DNA from: Nitrospirota bacterium
Lineage (GTDB): Bacteria > Nitrospirota > JACRHJ01
NCBI GenBank assembly: GCA_963845245.1
Contig: CAWJRJ010000001.1
Coordinates: forward strand, 1-19,770
Reading direction: 5' to 3'
Length of the DNA: 19,770 nucleotides
Shown here: piece by piece, positions 8,423 through 17,817 of the stretch
Layout: every line of letters begins with the position of its first letter
How positions within the stretch are numbered: position 1 is the stretch's first letter
Program-made: the position numbers and the translations under genes
The notes under the pieces: generated by a model
What the model was told of the DNA's origin: nothing
Databases searched by the model: none
The model's input: the letters and a program-made list of their open reading frames with translations, nothing else

Positions 8423-9895
8423 TTAAAACCCTAACTCCCGCCATCTCTCATCCACGCGCTTGATAACCTCCGGCCTCATCTTTATCTCGTCCGGCCATTC
8501 GCGGGTGAAGCCCTCTCCGGCCCACTTCTTCGTGGCGTCGATGCCCATCTTGGAGCCGTAGCCGACATACGGGCAGGCGTGGTCGAGTATGTCCATCGGG
8601 CCGTCAACGATTACGGTGTCGCGCCTCGGGTCCACATGGTTCATCACCTTCCAGGCGACCTCGGAGTAGTCGTGCACGTCCACGTCCTCGTCCACCACGA
8701 TGACGAACTTGGACTGAGCATCATCATCCCCGCGCTCCAGATGCTGTACATCACCTTGCGCGCGTGGCCGGGGTAGCTCTTCTTTATCTTCACTATGACG
8801 TTGTTGTGGAAGACGCCCTCCACCGGCAGGTCGTAGTCGAGGATGTCCGGGGCGACCATCTGGAGCAGCGGCAGGAAGATGCGCTCCGTCGCCTTGCCGA
8901 TGTATGCGTCCTCCTGCGGCGGACGGCCTACCACAGTCGCCGGGTATATCGCGTCTTTTCTGTGCGTGATGCATGTCACATGGAAGACGGGGTACTCGTC
9001 CGCGAGGGAGTAGTAGCCGGTATGGTCGCCGAACGGGCCTTCGATGCGCCTCTCGCCCGGCTCCACATATCCTTCAAGGACGAACTCGGCGTGCGCCGGG
9101 ACGCGGATGTCAACCGTCTTGCACTGGACGACCTCAAGCGGCTCCTGACGGAGGAAACCCGCAAAGAGGTACTCGCCCACGACCGGCGGCAGCGGGGCGG
9201 TGGAGGCATATATCGTGGCAGGGTCTGCGCCGATTGCGACCGCGACCTCCATGCGCTTGCCCACGCCCTCGTAGTGGCGGTAATGGCGCGCGCCGTCCTT
9301 GTGCTTGTGCCAGTGCATCCCGGTGGTGTTCTTGTCGAATATCTGGACGCGGTACATCCCGAGGTTTGTTATTGCGGTCTCCGGGTCCACCGTGGCCACC
9401 ATGGGGAGCGTGATGAACGGTCCGCCGTCGTCCGGCCAGCATGTTATTACCGGGAGCTTGCGTTAGGTCCACCTGGTCGCCCGTGAGCACGACTTCCTGG
9501 CATGGGGCCTTCTTTATGGTCTTCGGGAAGTAGGATGATATCTCGTTCAGCTTCGGGAGCACGGACAGCTTCTCCATGAAGCCCGCGCCGGGGCCGGGGA
9601 GTAACTGGGTCGGGTCCGCCATATTCTTCACGCGCGCGCCGACCTCGTCCAGGTTATTCACACCCAGCCCCATCGCCATGCGCTCCATAGAGCCCAAGAG
9701 GTTCGTGACCACCGGGAAGCTGCTGCCCTTCACCTTCTCAAAGTAGAGGCCGACGTTCTTGGAGCCTTTTTCCTTTGAAACACGGTCGGTTATCTCGGAT
9801 ATCTCAAGGTAGGGGTCAACCTCGGCCGTTATCCTCTTTAAAAGACCTTTATTTTCAAGTAACTTTATAAACTCGCGCAAATCCTTGAAAGCCAC
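8423..9895 (-). CDS. ubiD: UbiD-family (prFMN) decarboxylase, menaquinone-biosynthesis MqnL type, two frameshifts
   Basis: GTG 9895 with RBS GGGAGG. AFKDLREFIKLLE, CWPDDGGPFITLP, NLGMYRVQ, MHWHKHKDGA, EGPFGDHTGYY, GRPPQED, KMGIDATKKW. Indels at ~9460 and ~8714. Confidence 0.93.
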
Positions 9896-9946
9896 GAGAA
9901 ACCTCCCTAATATATAAAAGAGACTAGAGACAAAGAAATCTGGTCG

Positions 9947-9975
9947 AATATAAATGAAAACCGCCTTAAAGTCAA
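9947..9975 (-). promoter_or_regulatory. sigma70-type promoter for the ubiD operon
   Basis: Minus strand TTGACT (9975-9970) - 17 bp - TATATT (9952-9947), ~50 bp upstream of the ubiD start. Confidence 0.65.
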
Positions 9976-10028
9976 GAAATCCTCTTGGTTTACGCCTCTT
10001 TGCAAGGTGGAAGACCGCCTGAAATGCC

Positions 10029-10057
10029 TTGACAATAACTGCTCGCGGAAATATAAT
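10029..10057 (+). promoter_or_regulatory. Perfect-consensus sigma70 promoter for the fabF cluster
   Basis: TTGACA (10029-10034) - 17 bp - TATAAT (10052-10057), 38 bp upstream of ATG 10096. Confidence 0.85.
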
Positions 10058-10095
10058 CAAAACCTTATCGTAATTAAGAAAAGAAGGCGGTATTG

Positions 10096-11319
10096 ATGTA
10101 TTCCAGAAGGGTTGCTGTGGTTGGCCTGGGTGTGGTTAGCGCGCTCGGGATGACAAAAGACGATTTTTGGGACGGGTTGACCCATGGCCGCTGCGGGATC
10201 GGCCCGGTCGACCTGTTCAATACCTCCGCATACCGTACACATATCGGCGCCCAGATAAGAGGCCTTGACCCGTCCGCCCACTTCGGTAAAAAAGAGCTTA
10301 GACGGATGTCCCGCTGCGACAATATAGGTATAATCGCGGCGAGGGAGGCCGTGAAAGACAGCGGACTTGACCTTCCGCACGCTGACAAGACCCGCATAGG
10401 AGTCCTCCTCGGCGGCGGCGCTGGCGGCATGCTCTCCGGCGAGAAGTACCGAAGAGACCTCCAGGAGCAAAAGACAATGCCGCGCCCGTCGCTCCTGATA
10501 CCATTCTCGCCAAGCGTCACCACAGATTATATTGCATTGGAGTTCGGACTGGAAGGCCCGCGCGCAACTGTCGTCACTGCCTGCTCGTCATCCTCAACAT
10601 CCGTCGGCTATGCCGCCGACTGGATAAAGAACGGCGAGGCGGATGTTGTAATTACTGGCGGAAGCGACGCCATGTGTGAGCTTACTTACAGCGGGTTCAA
10701 TTCTCTGCGTGCGGTGGACGACGGCCCATGCAGGCCGTTCGACGCGACCAGAAAAGGCCTGTCGCTTGGCGAGGGTGCGGGCATACTGGTGCTTGAGGAT
10801 ATGGACCATGCGCTCGCTCGCGGTGCGAGGATATACGCCGAGGTTGCAGGATACGGCATAGCCGGGGACGCATATCATATGACCGCGCCCGAGGCAAGCG
10901 GGGCTGGGGCGGCTAGGGCGATACAGGCCGCGCTCGACGACGCAGGTGCATCTCCAGATGAAGTCGATTACATTAACGCGCATGGCACCGCAACAAAGTT
11001 TAACGACGTCGCCGAGACGGCGGCGATAAAGTTGGTCTTCGGAGAGAAGGCGTATGATATCCCGGTAAGTTCTATAAAGTCCATGATCGGCCACTGCCTC
11101 GGCTCAGCCGGTGGCCTTGAGGCCGTCTCGACCGTTCTAACTGTTTTCCATGATATCATTCCCCCCACAATAAATTACGAAAGCAAAGACCCGCACTGCG
11201 ACCTTGACTACACCCCGAACGAGGCAAGGAACAAGAAGGTCGGTTTTGCCATATCAAACTCACTTGCATTTGGAGGCAACAACACTACAGTGGCATTCAG
11301 GAAGTGGGCTAAACCATGA
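10096..11319 (+). CDS. fabF: Beta-ketoacyl-ACP synthase (FabF-like KS, catalytically intact)
   Basis: RRVAVVGLG start, TACSSS (catalytic Cys), INAHGTAT (His), SSIKSMIGHCLG (Lys/His), SNSLAFGGNN. Intact frame. Confidence 0.93.
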   Translation: MYSRRVAVVGLGVVSALGMTKDDFWDGLTHGRCGIGPVDLFNTSAYRTHIGAQIRGLDPSAHFGKKELRRMSRCDNIGIIAAREAVKDSGLDLPHADKTRIGVLLGGGAGGMLSGEKYRRDLQEQKTMPRPSLLIPFSPSVTTDYIALEFGLEGPRATVVTACSSSSTSVGYAADWIKNGEADVVITGGSDAMCELTYSGFNSLRAVDDGPCRPFDATRKGLSLGEGAGILVLEDMDHALARGARIYAEVAGYGIAGDAYHMTAPEASGAGAARAIQAALDDAGASPDEVDYINAHGTATKFNDVAETAAIKLVFGEKAYDIPVSSIKSMIGHCLGSAGGLEAVSTVLTVFHDIIPPTINYESKDPHCDLDYTPNEARNKKVGFAISNSLAFGGNNTTVAFRKWAKP

Positions 11320-12545
11320 CCCGGAGAGTAGTTATAACCGGACTTGGCACCGTGAACGCGCTGGGGCTTGACGTCGCCTCCTACTGGGCAAGCGTCAAGG
11401 CTAACCGCTCCGCAATAAGGCCGATAGAGGGTTTCGATACAGCGCCGTTCCGCTCCAAACTCGGGGCGGAGGTCAAGGGCTTTGAGCCGTCGAAGCTTCG
11501 TCGACCCGATGAAGCTTCGCAGGATGGACAGGCTGTCCCAGATGGTGCTTGTCTCGTCAATCGAGGCCATGAAGGACGCGGGCATCGAGGTCGGGGTAAT
11601 GCCGCCTGAGCGCATAGGGGTGGTAATAGGCAACGGTTATGGCGGCACGTCCTGTACGGAGGAGTTCTTCGAGGGGTTGCTGCTTCGCGGGCCAGCAGGT
11701 GTAAACCCGATGCTGTTCCCCACTACCGTGCCGAACTCTGCCGCAAGCCTTGACATCTATAGAGCTTAAAATAAAGGGGCCAAACTCCACATTCTGCCAG
11801 AAAGATATCTCCGCGGAGGAGGCGATAATATACGCAGCTGGCCTTATACGCAAGGGCGCTGCGGACGTGGTAATCGCAGGGGGCGGTGAGGAATTGAACG
11901 ACGTCATCTACCATGCATTCTCTTCGCTTGATATCCTCTCAAAAACAGAAAACGGTTTAGCTGAGGGTTGCAGGCCATTTGACAAGACGCGCAACGGCAG
12001 GGTGCTTGGCGAAGGAGCTGCGGTACTGATACTCGAATCGCTCGAATCCGCCAAAAATCGCGGGGCAAGGATATACGCGGAGCTTGCCGGGAGCGCACTC
12101 ACAGGCGGTCTGTCCGGTATATCTGGATACAACAAGGATACCGACACTATGGTCAGAGCTATGGGGGCGGCGCTGGAACGTTCCGGTGTCAGCAGCGTAG
12201 ACTACATCTCTGCGGCCGCAAACTCTACAAAAGACCTGGACGCATTCGAGGCCGAAGCAATAACGAAATTATTCGGCGAAAAGTCCGCGTCCATACCTGT
12301 AAGCTCCATCCGCCCGATGACCGGCGACTTCGAGGGCATGGGAGGACTGAGGCTTGTTGACGTCCGTGCTTGCCATGAGAGATGGATACATACCGCCTAC
12401 CCTGAACCTGGCCGAGCCGGACACGAGTATGGGGCTTGACCATGTGACCGGAAGCGGCAGGGAAGTACAGGTTAATACGATATTGCATAACGGTTTCGGC
12501 AATGGCGGTACAAACGCCTGCATAGTCCTGAAGAATCCGTCATGA
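11316..12545 (+). CDS. Catalytically inactive FabF paralogue (chain-length-factor-like KS subunit), three frameshifts
   Basis: ATGA overlap with the fabF stop. Extra bases at ~11493, ~11750 and ~12354 join four ORF pieces into a full KS fold (MTRRVVITGLG...CRPFDKTRNGRVLGEGAA...GFGNGGTNACIVL). Catalytic positions read CQKDIS, ISAAANST and SSIRPMTGD. Confidence 0.85.
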
Positions 12546-13969
12546 AGGATTCCTATGACGTCGTTGTTATCGGCGCAGGTATCGGAGGTCTTTCGGCCGG
12601 GGCGCTTCTTGCCAGGAAAGGTCTTTCCGTGGCAGTATTCGAGTCTCAGCCAGTTGCAGGCGGATACTGCACCAGCTTCCGAAGGAAGGGGTTCACATTC
12701 GACTCATGCCTGGATGCGATAAGTGGCTGTGGCGATAAAGGGTGGCTCAAAAGGATACTTAAAAAGATCGGTATAGAGGACGAGGTCGAGTTCGTGAGGC
12801 TCGACCCGCTTCGGGTTGACAACTTCGGCGGAGATGTCATCTCGATACCGGGCGAAATAGGGGCCTATAAGGAGTTGTTGCTGAGTATGGCGTCCGGTGA
12901 GAGAGACGGCATAGAAGGCATGTTCAAGACAATGACGTCGATATACAGGACGGCGATGGTCACCGCGCCCGAGACCCTTTATACCGACCCAAGGCTTGAC
13001 GGCAGGGGCGACGACCTCGCGAAGTACAGGCGGCTGACGTATAAAGACCTGCTCGATGATTTTGTAAAAGACCAGCGCGTGCGCGCCGTGCTATGTGACC
13101 GTTCCGCGTTTATGGGACTGCCGGCTTCAAAAGTCTCAGCCGTTGCGATGGTGACGATGCTGATGACCTTCGCGGAGGGCGGCGGCTACAGGATAAAAGG
13201 CGGGGCGCAGAGGCTTGCCAATGCGCTTGCCAAAGGGCTTCAAAACGCAGGCGGCGAGTTGTTTCTGAGGAAGCCAGTTACCGAGATTTTCAGCGAGGGC
13301 GGCAGGGCGGCAGGTGTGATGGTCGGCGGTCAGATGGTCAAGGCGAAGGCAGTCATATCCGGCATCGACGCCACGAAGACCTGTAAATTGGCCGGACTTG
13401 GTATTGACGGCAACCTCAGACCATCGACGAGTTTCTTCATGGTTTATCTTGGGCTTGGCAAGGACATTGATATGCCGGACAGCATGGGTTACTATCCGGG
13501 TTATGACATCGAGGGGACGTTCGCCGATACTGCGAAGGACATAGCATCATCAAAAGCCTCGGTTGAGATAATCAATTATTCCAGGATAAGTCCCGGCATG
13601 GCTCCTGTGGGATGCTCCACTGTCATGCTTATGTCCAAGGCGGCTTATGCATACAACAAGCCATGGCATTCCTGCAAGAGAGAAGAAGCTGACCGTCTTA
13701 TTGCGCTGGCCGGGAAGGCACTTCCAGAGTTGGCGGACAATATTTCATATGCGGAGGCGGCAACGCCGCTCACACTTGAAAGATATACGGCAAACGGTTC
13801 CGGCGCAGCGTTCGGATGGGAGCAGGGCTCCTATAACAGGCGTAGTACTGCAGCCACGGCTCTTCCCGGATTGTATATGGCTGGTCACTGGACATATCCT
13901 GGAGGCGGTATAGAGTCGGTTGCAGCGTCTGGTCTGGTGGCGGCGGAAAAGGCCGCATTGGCGATATAA
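12542..13969 (+). CDS. Phytoene desaturase/CrtI-family FAD-dependent oxidoreductase
   Basis: Rossmann GAGIGGLSAG, GGYCTSFRRKGFTFD, ATPLTLERYT, GAAFGWE, GLYMAGHWTYPGGGI. ATGA overlap with the upstream gene. Confidence 0.88.
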   Translation: MKDSYDVVVIGAGIGGLSAGALLARKGLSVAVFESQPVAGGYCTSFRRKGFTFDSCLDAISGCGDKGWLKRILKKIGIEDEVEFVRLDPLRVDNFGGDVISIPGEIGAYKELLLSMASGERDGIEGMFKTMTSIYRTAMVTAPETLYTDPRLDGRGDDLAKYRRLTYKDLLDDFVKDQRVRAVLCDRSAFMGLPASKVSAVAMVTMLMTFAEGGGYRIKGGAQRLANALAKGLQNAGGELFLRKPVTEIFSEGGRAAGVMVGGQMVKAKAVISGIDATKTCKLAGLGIDGNLRPSTSFFMVYLGLGKDIDMPDSMGYYPGYDIEGTFADTAKDIASSKASVEIINYSRISPGMAPVGCSTVMLMSKAAYAYNKPWHSCKREEADRLIALAGKALPELADNISYAEAATPLTLERYTANGSGAAFGWEQGSYNRRSTAATALPGLYMAGHWTYPGGGIESVAASGLVAAEKAALAI

Positions 13970-13989
13970 TAAACATCGGAGCATATCAC

Positions 13990-14415
13990 TTGATATTCGA
14001 CGAGACTGAGGTACGGGTAAGGTTCTACGAGGCCGACATGTGGCATATGGGCTGGCACGGCCATTACGTCGCATGGTTCGAGGTAGGCCGCATCGAGCTT
14101 GCGCGCAGGTTCGGCCTGATGCCTGCGGATTTCGAGGCGGCAGGCTGCGTGGCGCCCGTGATTAACCTCAACATAGACTACAAGGCGATGGCAAAGTTCG
14201 ACGACGTACTTACCATCCGCACAGCCGTGCGCGTGCCGACGAAGGCCGCGCTGACGTTTGAGTATGAGGCTGTAAGGAAGTCCGACGGCAGGCTCCTGGC
14301 CCGCGGCGAGACGACACAGGTACTGTTAAATAATAACGGCGATATGATGTACCTCATACCTGTCGCCTTGAAGGACAAGGTAGGGGATATGGTCATGTTC
14401 TGTAATCCGGAGTAA
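13990..14415 (+). CDS. Hotdog-fold acyl-CoA/ACP thioesterase (4HBT/YbgC family)
   Basis: VRVRFYEADMWHMGWHGHYVAWFEVGR, APVINLNIDYK, AKFDD, ARGETTQV. TTG start with GGAG RBS. Confidence 0.85.
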   Translation: MIFDETEVRVRFYEADMWHMGWHGHYVAWFEVGRIELARRFGLMPADFEAAGCVAPVINLNIDYKAMAKFDDVLTIRTAVRVPTKAALTFEYEAVRKSDGRLLARGETTQVLLNNNGDMMYLIPVALKDKVGDMVMFCNPE

Positions 14416-14421
14416 TACGTA

Positions 14422-16060
14422 ATGTCTAAACCAAGAGTACTGATGGCGGACCCGCCGCATCTCATCTGGGACATGATGAAGGGCTGGGTGCCAAACCCCG
14501 CCCTACTTGCGCTAAGCGCATACATAGAAAACGACTTCGACACCAGGGTTATGGACTGCACCGTCATGCCAAACCCGTGGGCGGACTTTGAGCGCGAGGT
14601 GGCAGAGTTCAAGCCGCAGGTGGTCGGGCTTTGCAACATCGGCACGAGCTACCTTTACGATGCCCTTAACGCGGCGAAGCTCGTCAAGATGGTCAGCCCC
14701 GAGACGAAGGTGATCATCGGCGGGACGCACCCGTCCCTTGCACCGGACGAGGTACTTGACCTTGGGCAAGGATGTTGACTTCGCTGCGTAGGCGAGGGCG
14801 AGGTTACGCTCAAGGAGTTCGTCCAGGCGGTGGACGGCGGCGAGAAGGATTTCTCCGGCATCAAGGGCCTTGCATTCCGGGACGGCTCACAGATAATCCG
14901 CACCGAGCCGCGTCCGTTCATAGAAGACCTCAACTCGCTCCCGATGCCCGCATACCACCGCGTCCCGATGAATAGCCCGCTTTACTCCATCGACGTCATA
15001 GGCCCCAAGTGCGTCGTGCCGTCGTTCTCGCGCGGCTGCGGCTACAAATGCACCTTCTGCACCGAGACGCTCCGCTGGGGCAACCGCTGGCGCGGCAAGT
15101 CGGCATGGAAGATAGTCGAGGAGATAGAGTACCTCCAGAAGAATTTCGGGATAAAGACGTTCCTCGTCGGCGACAACGACTTCCTGTGGGACCGCAAGCG
15201 AAACTACGAATACTGCGACCTGATGGAGAAGAAGGGCTTGAAGGCCAACCTCTGGATACAGGCGCGGCCAGACCATATCATGCGCGACCAGGAGCTTATC
15301 CCGAGGCTCCGCAAGGTCGGCCTGTTCGAGGTGCTGCTTGGCATCGAGTCGTTCGAGCAGTCGATGATGGACACGTGGGACAAGCGCGAGGAGCTTGAGA
15401 CGATACTCAAATGCATAAAGCTCCTTAAGAAGAACGACGTGATGGTGCTGACCAGCCTGATGTTCGGCCACTGGAACGACAGCAAGGAGACCATAGACAA
15501 ACTGATAAAGTCGGCGAAGAAACATTCCGACTTCCTTGGGTCTTGCGATTGCGACGCCGTTCCCCGGCACGCAGTTCTTCAAGGAGTCCAAGGAGCTTGG
15601 GCGCATAGAGGAGACGGACTACCGCAAGTTCGACTGGGGCACGGCCGTGATGTCCACCAAGCACCTCACCCGCAAGGAGGTTGGGCGTCTGCACGGCATT
15701 GCATACGGCAAGTTCTATGTGCGTCCCAAGACGCTTATCAAGGCGGTATTCTCTACCAACCCGTACATCAGGACGCTGTACAAATCCTTTGCGACGTACC
15801 TCTTCAGGAAACTGTTGAAACGGCCCTGGCGTCAGCCGGGTTTCATGCTGTTCGAGAACTACCTCTTAAAGAGGGAAGGCAAGCTTACGCTTGTGAAGGC
15901 GTCCGGCCAGCGTGAGAAGTGCGACGTCTGCGGAGAGCGCGTCGGGCTATATTCCGGTTACAGGTGCACCAACCCGGAGTGCGGGACGCTCTTCTGCATG
16001 GACTGCAACGCAGGAGGATTTGTAAAGCAGTGCCCGCAATGCGGGAGCACGGCCGGATAA
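14422..16060 (+). CDS. Cobalamin-dependent radical SAM enzyme 1 with C-terminal 8-Cys zinc-finger-like tail
   Basis: B12-binding domain (KPQVVG, IIGGTHPS, GEGEVT), SRGCGYKCTFC, LGIESF, ATPFPGT. Compensating indels at ~14765/14783 and a +1 at ~15540. Confidence 0.9.
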
Positions 16061-16076
16061 ACTTTAGAAGTCTGGA

Positions 16077-16217
16077 GCGGAGGGATAATGTTATTGCAAG
16101 AGACATCAAGTGATTCGGGCAATCAGGGAGTAAGCCTCGTAAAGGCGCGCTTTGGCGCTCGGCTACTCCCTGATTGCCCATCACTATGATGGCTCTTAAA
16201 TAACATTATCCCTACGC
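16077..16217. repeat. 141-nt long imperfect hairpin (MITE-like or structured RNA element)
   Basis: AGGGATAATGTTATT (16081-16095) pairs with 16199-16213, and GGGCAATCAGGGAGTA (16117-16132) pairs perfectly with 16164-16179. Intermediate pairs are AAGAG/CTCTT, CATCA/TGATG and AGTGAT/ATCACT. Confidence 0.8.
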
Positions 16218-16250
16218 ACAACTTAAATATACGGTTTTCAGGAGTTTGTA

Positions 16251-17732
16251 ATGCGAGTATTACTGGTTGATCCGCCACACGAGATATTCAAGTTCTTTCA
16301 GGGGCCGTATGCCCTCTCCGTCGTTGACGGCGCTTTCGGCATACATCGAGAACGACTTCGAGATGCGGGTGATAGACTGCACGGTGCAGGACAAGCCCTG
16401 GGAAGCGCTCGAAGCCGAGATACGCAACTTCAAGCCGCAGGTCGTCGGCATCTCCGCCATCTCCACCTCGTACATATACGACGCGATGAACGCGGCATAC
16501 CTCGTCAAGCAGATCGACCCGTCCATCGTGACCGTCGGCGGCGGCGTGCACATGTCGCTTATGCCGGAGGAGATCGCTTCGAGAAATGCCCGAGCATGGA
16601 CTATATCGTCATGGGCGAGGGCGAGCTCACGCTGATGGAGTTCCTGAAGGCCATCGAGTCGGGCCGCACGGACCTTGAGAATATTCCCGGCCTGGCCTTC
16701 CGCAAGGACGGCGGCTACCATATCGGCGCACGGCGCGAGCTTATCGCAGACCTCGACACGCTCCCGCTTCCCGGCTACCACAACTTCCCGATGCACAAGT
16801 ACATGATGCCCTCGCTTGGCATGGCGACGCACAACTCGATAGTCCTGACCACCGCGCGCGGCTGCGAGGGCGTATGCAACTACTGCTCGGAGGCGAAGCT
16901 CTGGCGCAGCACATGGAGGCCGAAGTCCGCGCCTCGCGTGCTTGAGGAGATGGAGCTTCTTTACAAGAAGTACGACAAGTACAGCTTCATGTTCGGGGAC
17001 GACTCGTTCAACTGGGACAGGGGCAGGGTGGAGGACTTTATCATCGAGCTTGAGAAGAAGAAGCTCCCCGTGCACTTCTGGTTCCAGACCCGCGCCGAGC
17101 ACCTCCTTCGTGACGCCGACCTCCTGCCGCGCTTAAAGAAGCTCGGGCTGTACATGATATCGATGGGCGTGGAGACGCCGTCCGAGGCGGCGCTCAAGAA
17201 CTACCGCAAGAAGCAGACTGCGGGCGTCGCGCTCAAGGCGATGCAGACCATCAAGAAGAACGGCCTGCTGCTCATCACGAACATCATGTTCGGCGACATA
17301 GACGACACCGAGGAGACGCTCCAGCAGACCATCGACTTCGCGAAGCCGTACTCCGACCACTTCGCCATATGCCTGACCACGCCGCTGCCCGGCACGGAAT
17401 ACTACAAGCGCGCGAAGGAGCAGGGCCGCATAAAGGTGTGGGACTACTCCAAGTACGACATGCTGAACCCGGTCATGGAGACGCGCACGCTCTCCATAGA
17501 AAAACTCGCCGAGATACACCCGGCGGCGATACAGAAGTTCTACTCGCGCTTCCGCGTCTTCTGGGACGCGTTCTTCTCGACGAACCCGTACCTGCGGAAG
17601 AACAACCGCTTCTTCGTGAACGTGGCCTGGGAGGTCATAACGCACAAGCCGTGGGTGCAGAAGAACTACGTGCCGTTTGAGAAGTACATGGAAGAGAAGA
17701 CCGGGAAGGCGTTTGAGCGCATACATATGTAG
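16251..17732 (+). CDS. Cobalamin-dependent radical SAM enzyme 2 (paralogue of enzyme 1)
   Basis: RBS AGGAG. Compensating indels at ~16302 and ~16577 give VLLVDPPH...LSAYIENDF...KPQVVG...GGGVH...GEGELT, then TARGCEGVCNYC, MGVET and TPLPGT. Confidence 0.9.
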   Translation: MRVLLVDPPHEIFKFFQGPYALSVVDGAFGIHRERLRDAGDRLHGAGQALGSARSRDTQLQAAGRRHLRHLHLVHIRRDERGIPRQADRPVHRDRRRRRAHVAYAGGDRFEKCPSMDYIVMGEGELTLMEFLKAIESGRTDLENIPGLAFRKDGGYHIGARRELIADLDTLPLPGYHNFPMHKYMMPSLGMATHNSIVLTTARGCEGVCNYCSEAKLWRSTWRPKSAPRVLEEMELLYKKYDKYSFMFGDDSFNWDRGRVEDFIIELEKKKLPVHFWFQTRAEHLLRDADLLPRLKKLGLYMISMGVETPSEAALKNYRKKQTAGVALKAMQTIKKNGLLLITNIMFGDIDDTEETLQQTIDFAKPYSDHFAICLTTPLPGTEYYKRAKEQGRIKVWDYSKYDMLNPVMETRTLSIEKLAEIHPAAIQKFYSRFRVFWDAFFSTNPYLRKNNRFFVNVAWEVITHKPWVQKNYVPFEKYMEEKTGKAFERIHM

Positions 17733-17755
17733 GGACCGACCTATGTGTCGGCCCT
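17729..17755 (+). repeat. GTAG-family REP 1
   Basis: GTAG-GGACCGAC-CTATGT-GTCGGCCC-T (one stem mismatch). Its TAG is the stop codon of radical SAM 2. Confidence 0.88.
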
Positions 17756-17817
17756 AAATTTAATAGACGGAGCGCAGATTTTAGAATACTCTGGTATTGC
17801 ACTTAATAGGAGGCATA

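Noticed and set aside
4126..9895. Aerobic ubiquinone pathway
   Set aside because: The UbiA (MIKFxHTVFALPFA) and UbiD (MHWHxHKDGA) subtypes and the gene order fit the futalosine menaquinone MqnP/MqnL/UbiX set better.
9896..10060. N-terminal extension of the 9134-10060 ORF
   Set aside because: UbiD similarity starts at GTG 9895 with a good RBS, and the extension runs through the promoter region.
11316..12545. Programmed ribosomal frameshifting or phase variation
   Set aside because: No slippery heptamers or long homopolymers, and similar indels are scattered through all genes, consistent with read error.
12542..13969. Carotenoid biosynthesis crtI
   Set aside because: No crtB/crtE in the window. 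The gene is translationally coupled to ketosynthases, so an acyl-chain substrate is more plausible.
16077..16217. Integron attC site
   Set aside because: No correctly oriented RYYYAAC...GTTRRRY ends around the stem, no integrase, and the flanks are operon genes.
14887..17726. Long antisense ORFs (e.g. 14887-15606, 16260-17102, 17133-17726; also 8764-9486)
   Set aside because: They are shadow frames of GC3-rich genuine genes on the opposite strand and have no recognisable motifs.
14422..17732. bchE (bacteriochlorophyll cyclase) or hpnP assignment
   Set aside because: The domain architecture is shared, but there are no photosynthesis or hopanoid genes nearby and a specific orthology cannot be supported from sequence alone.
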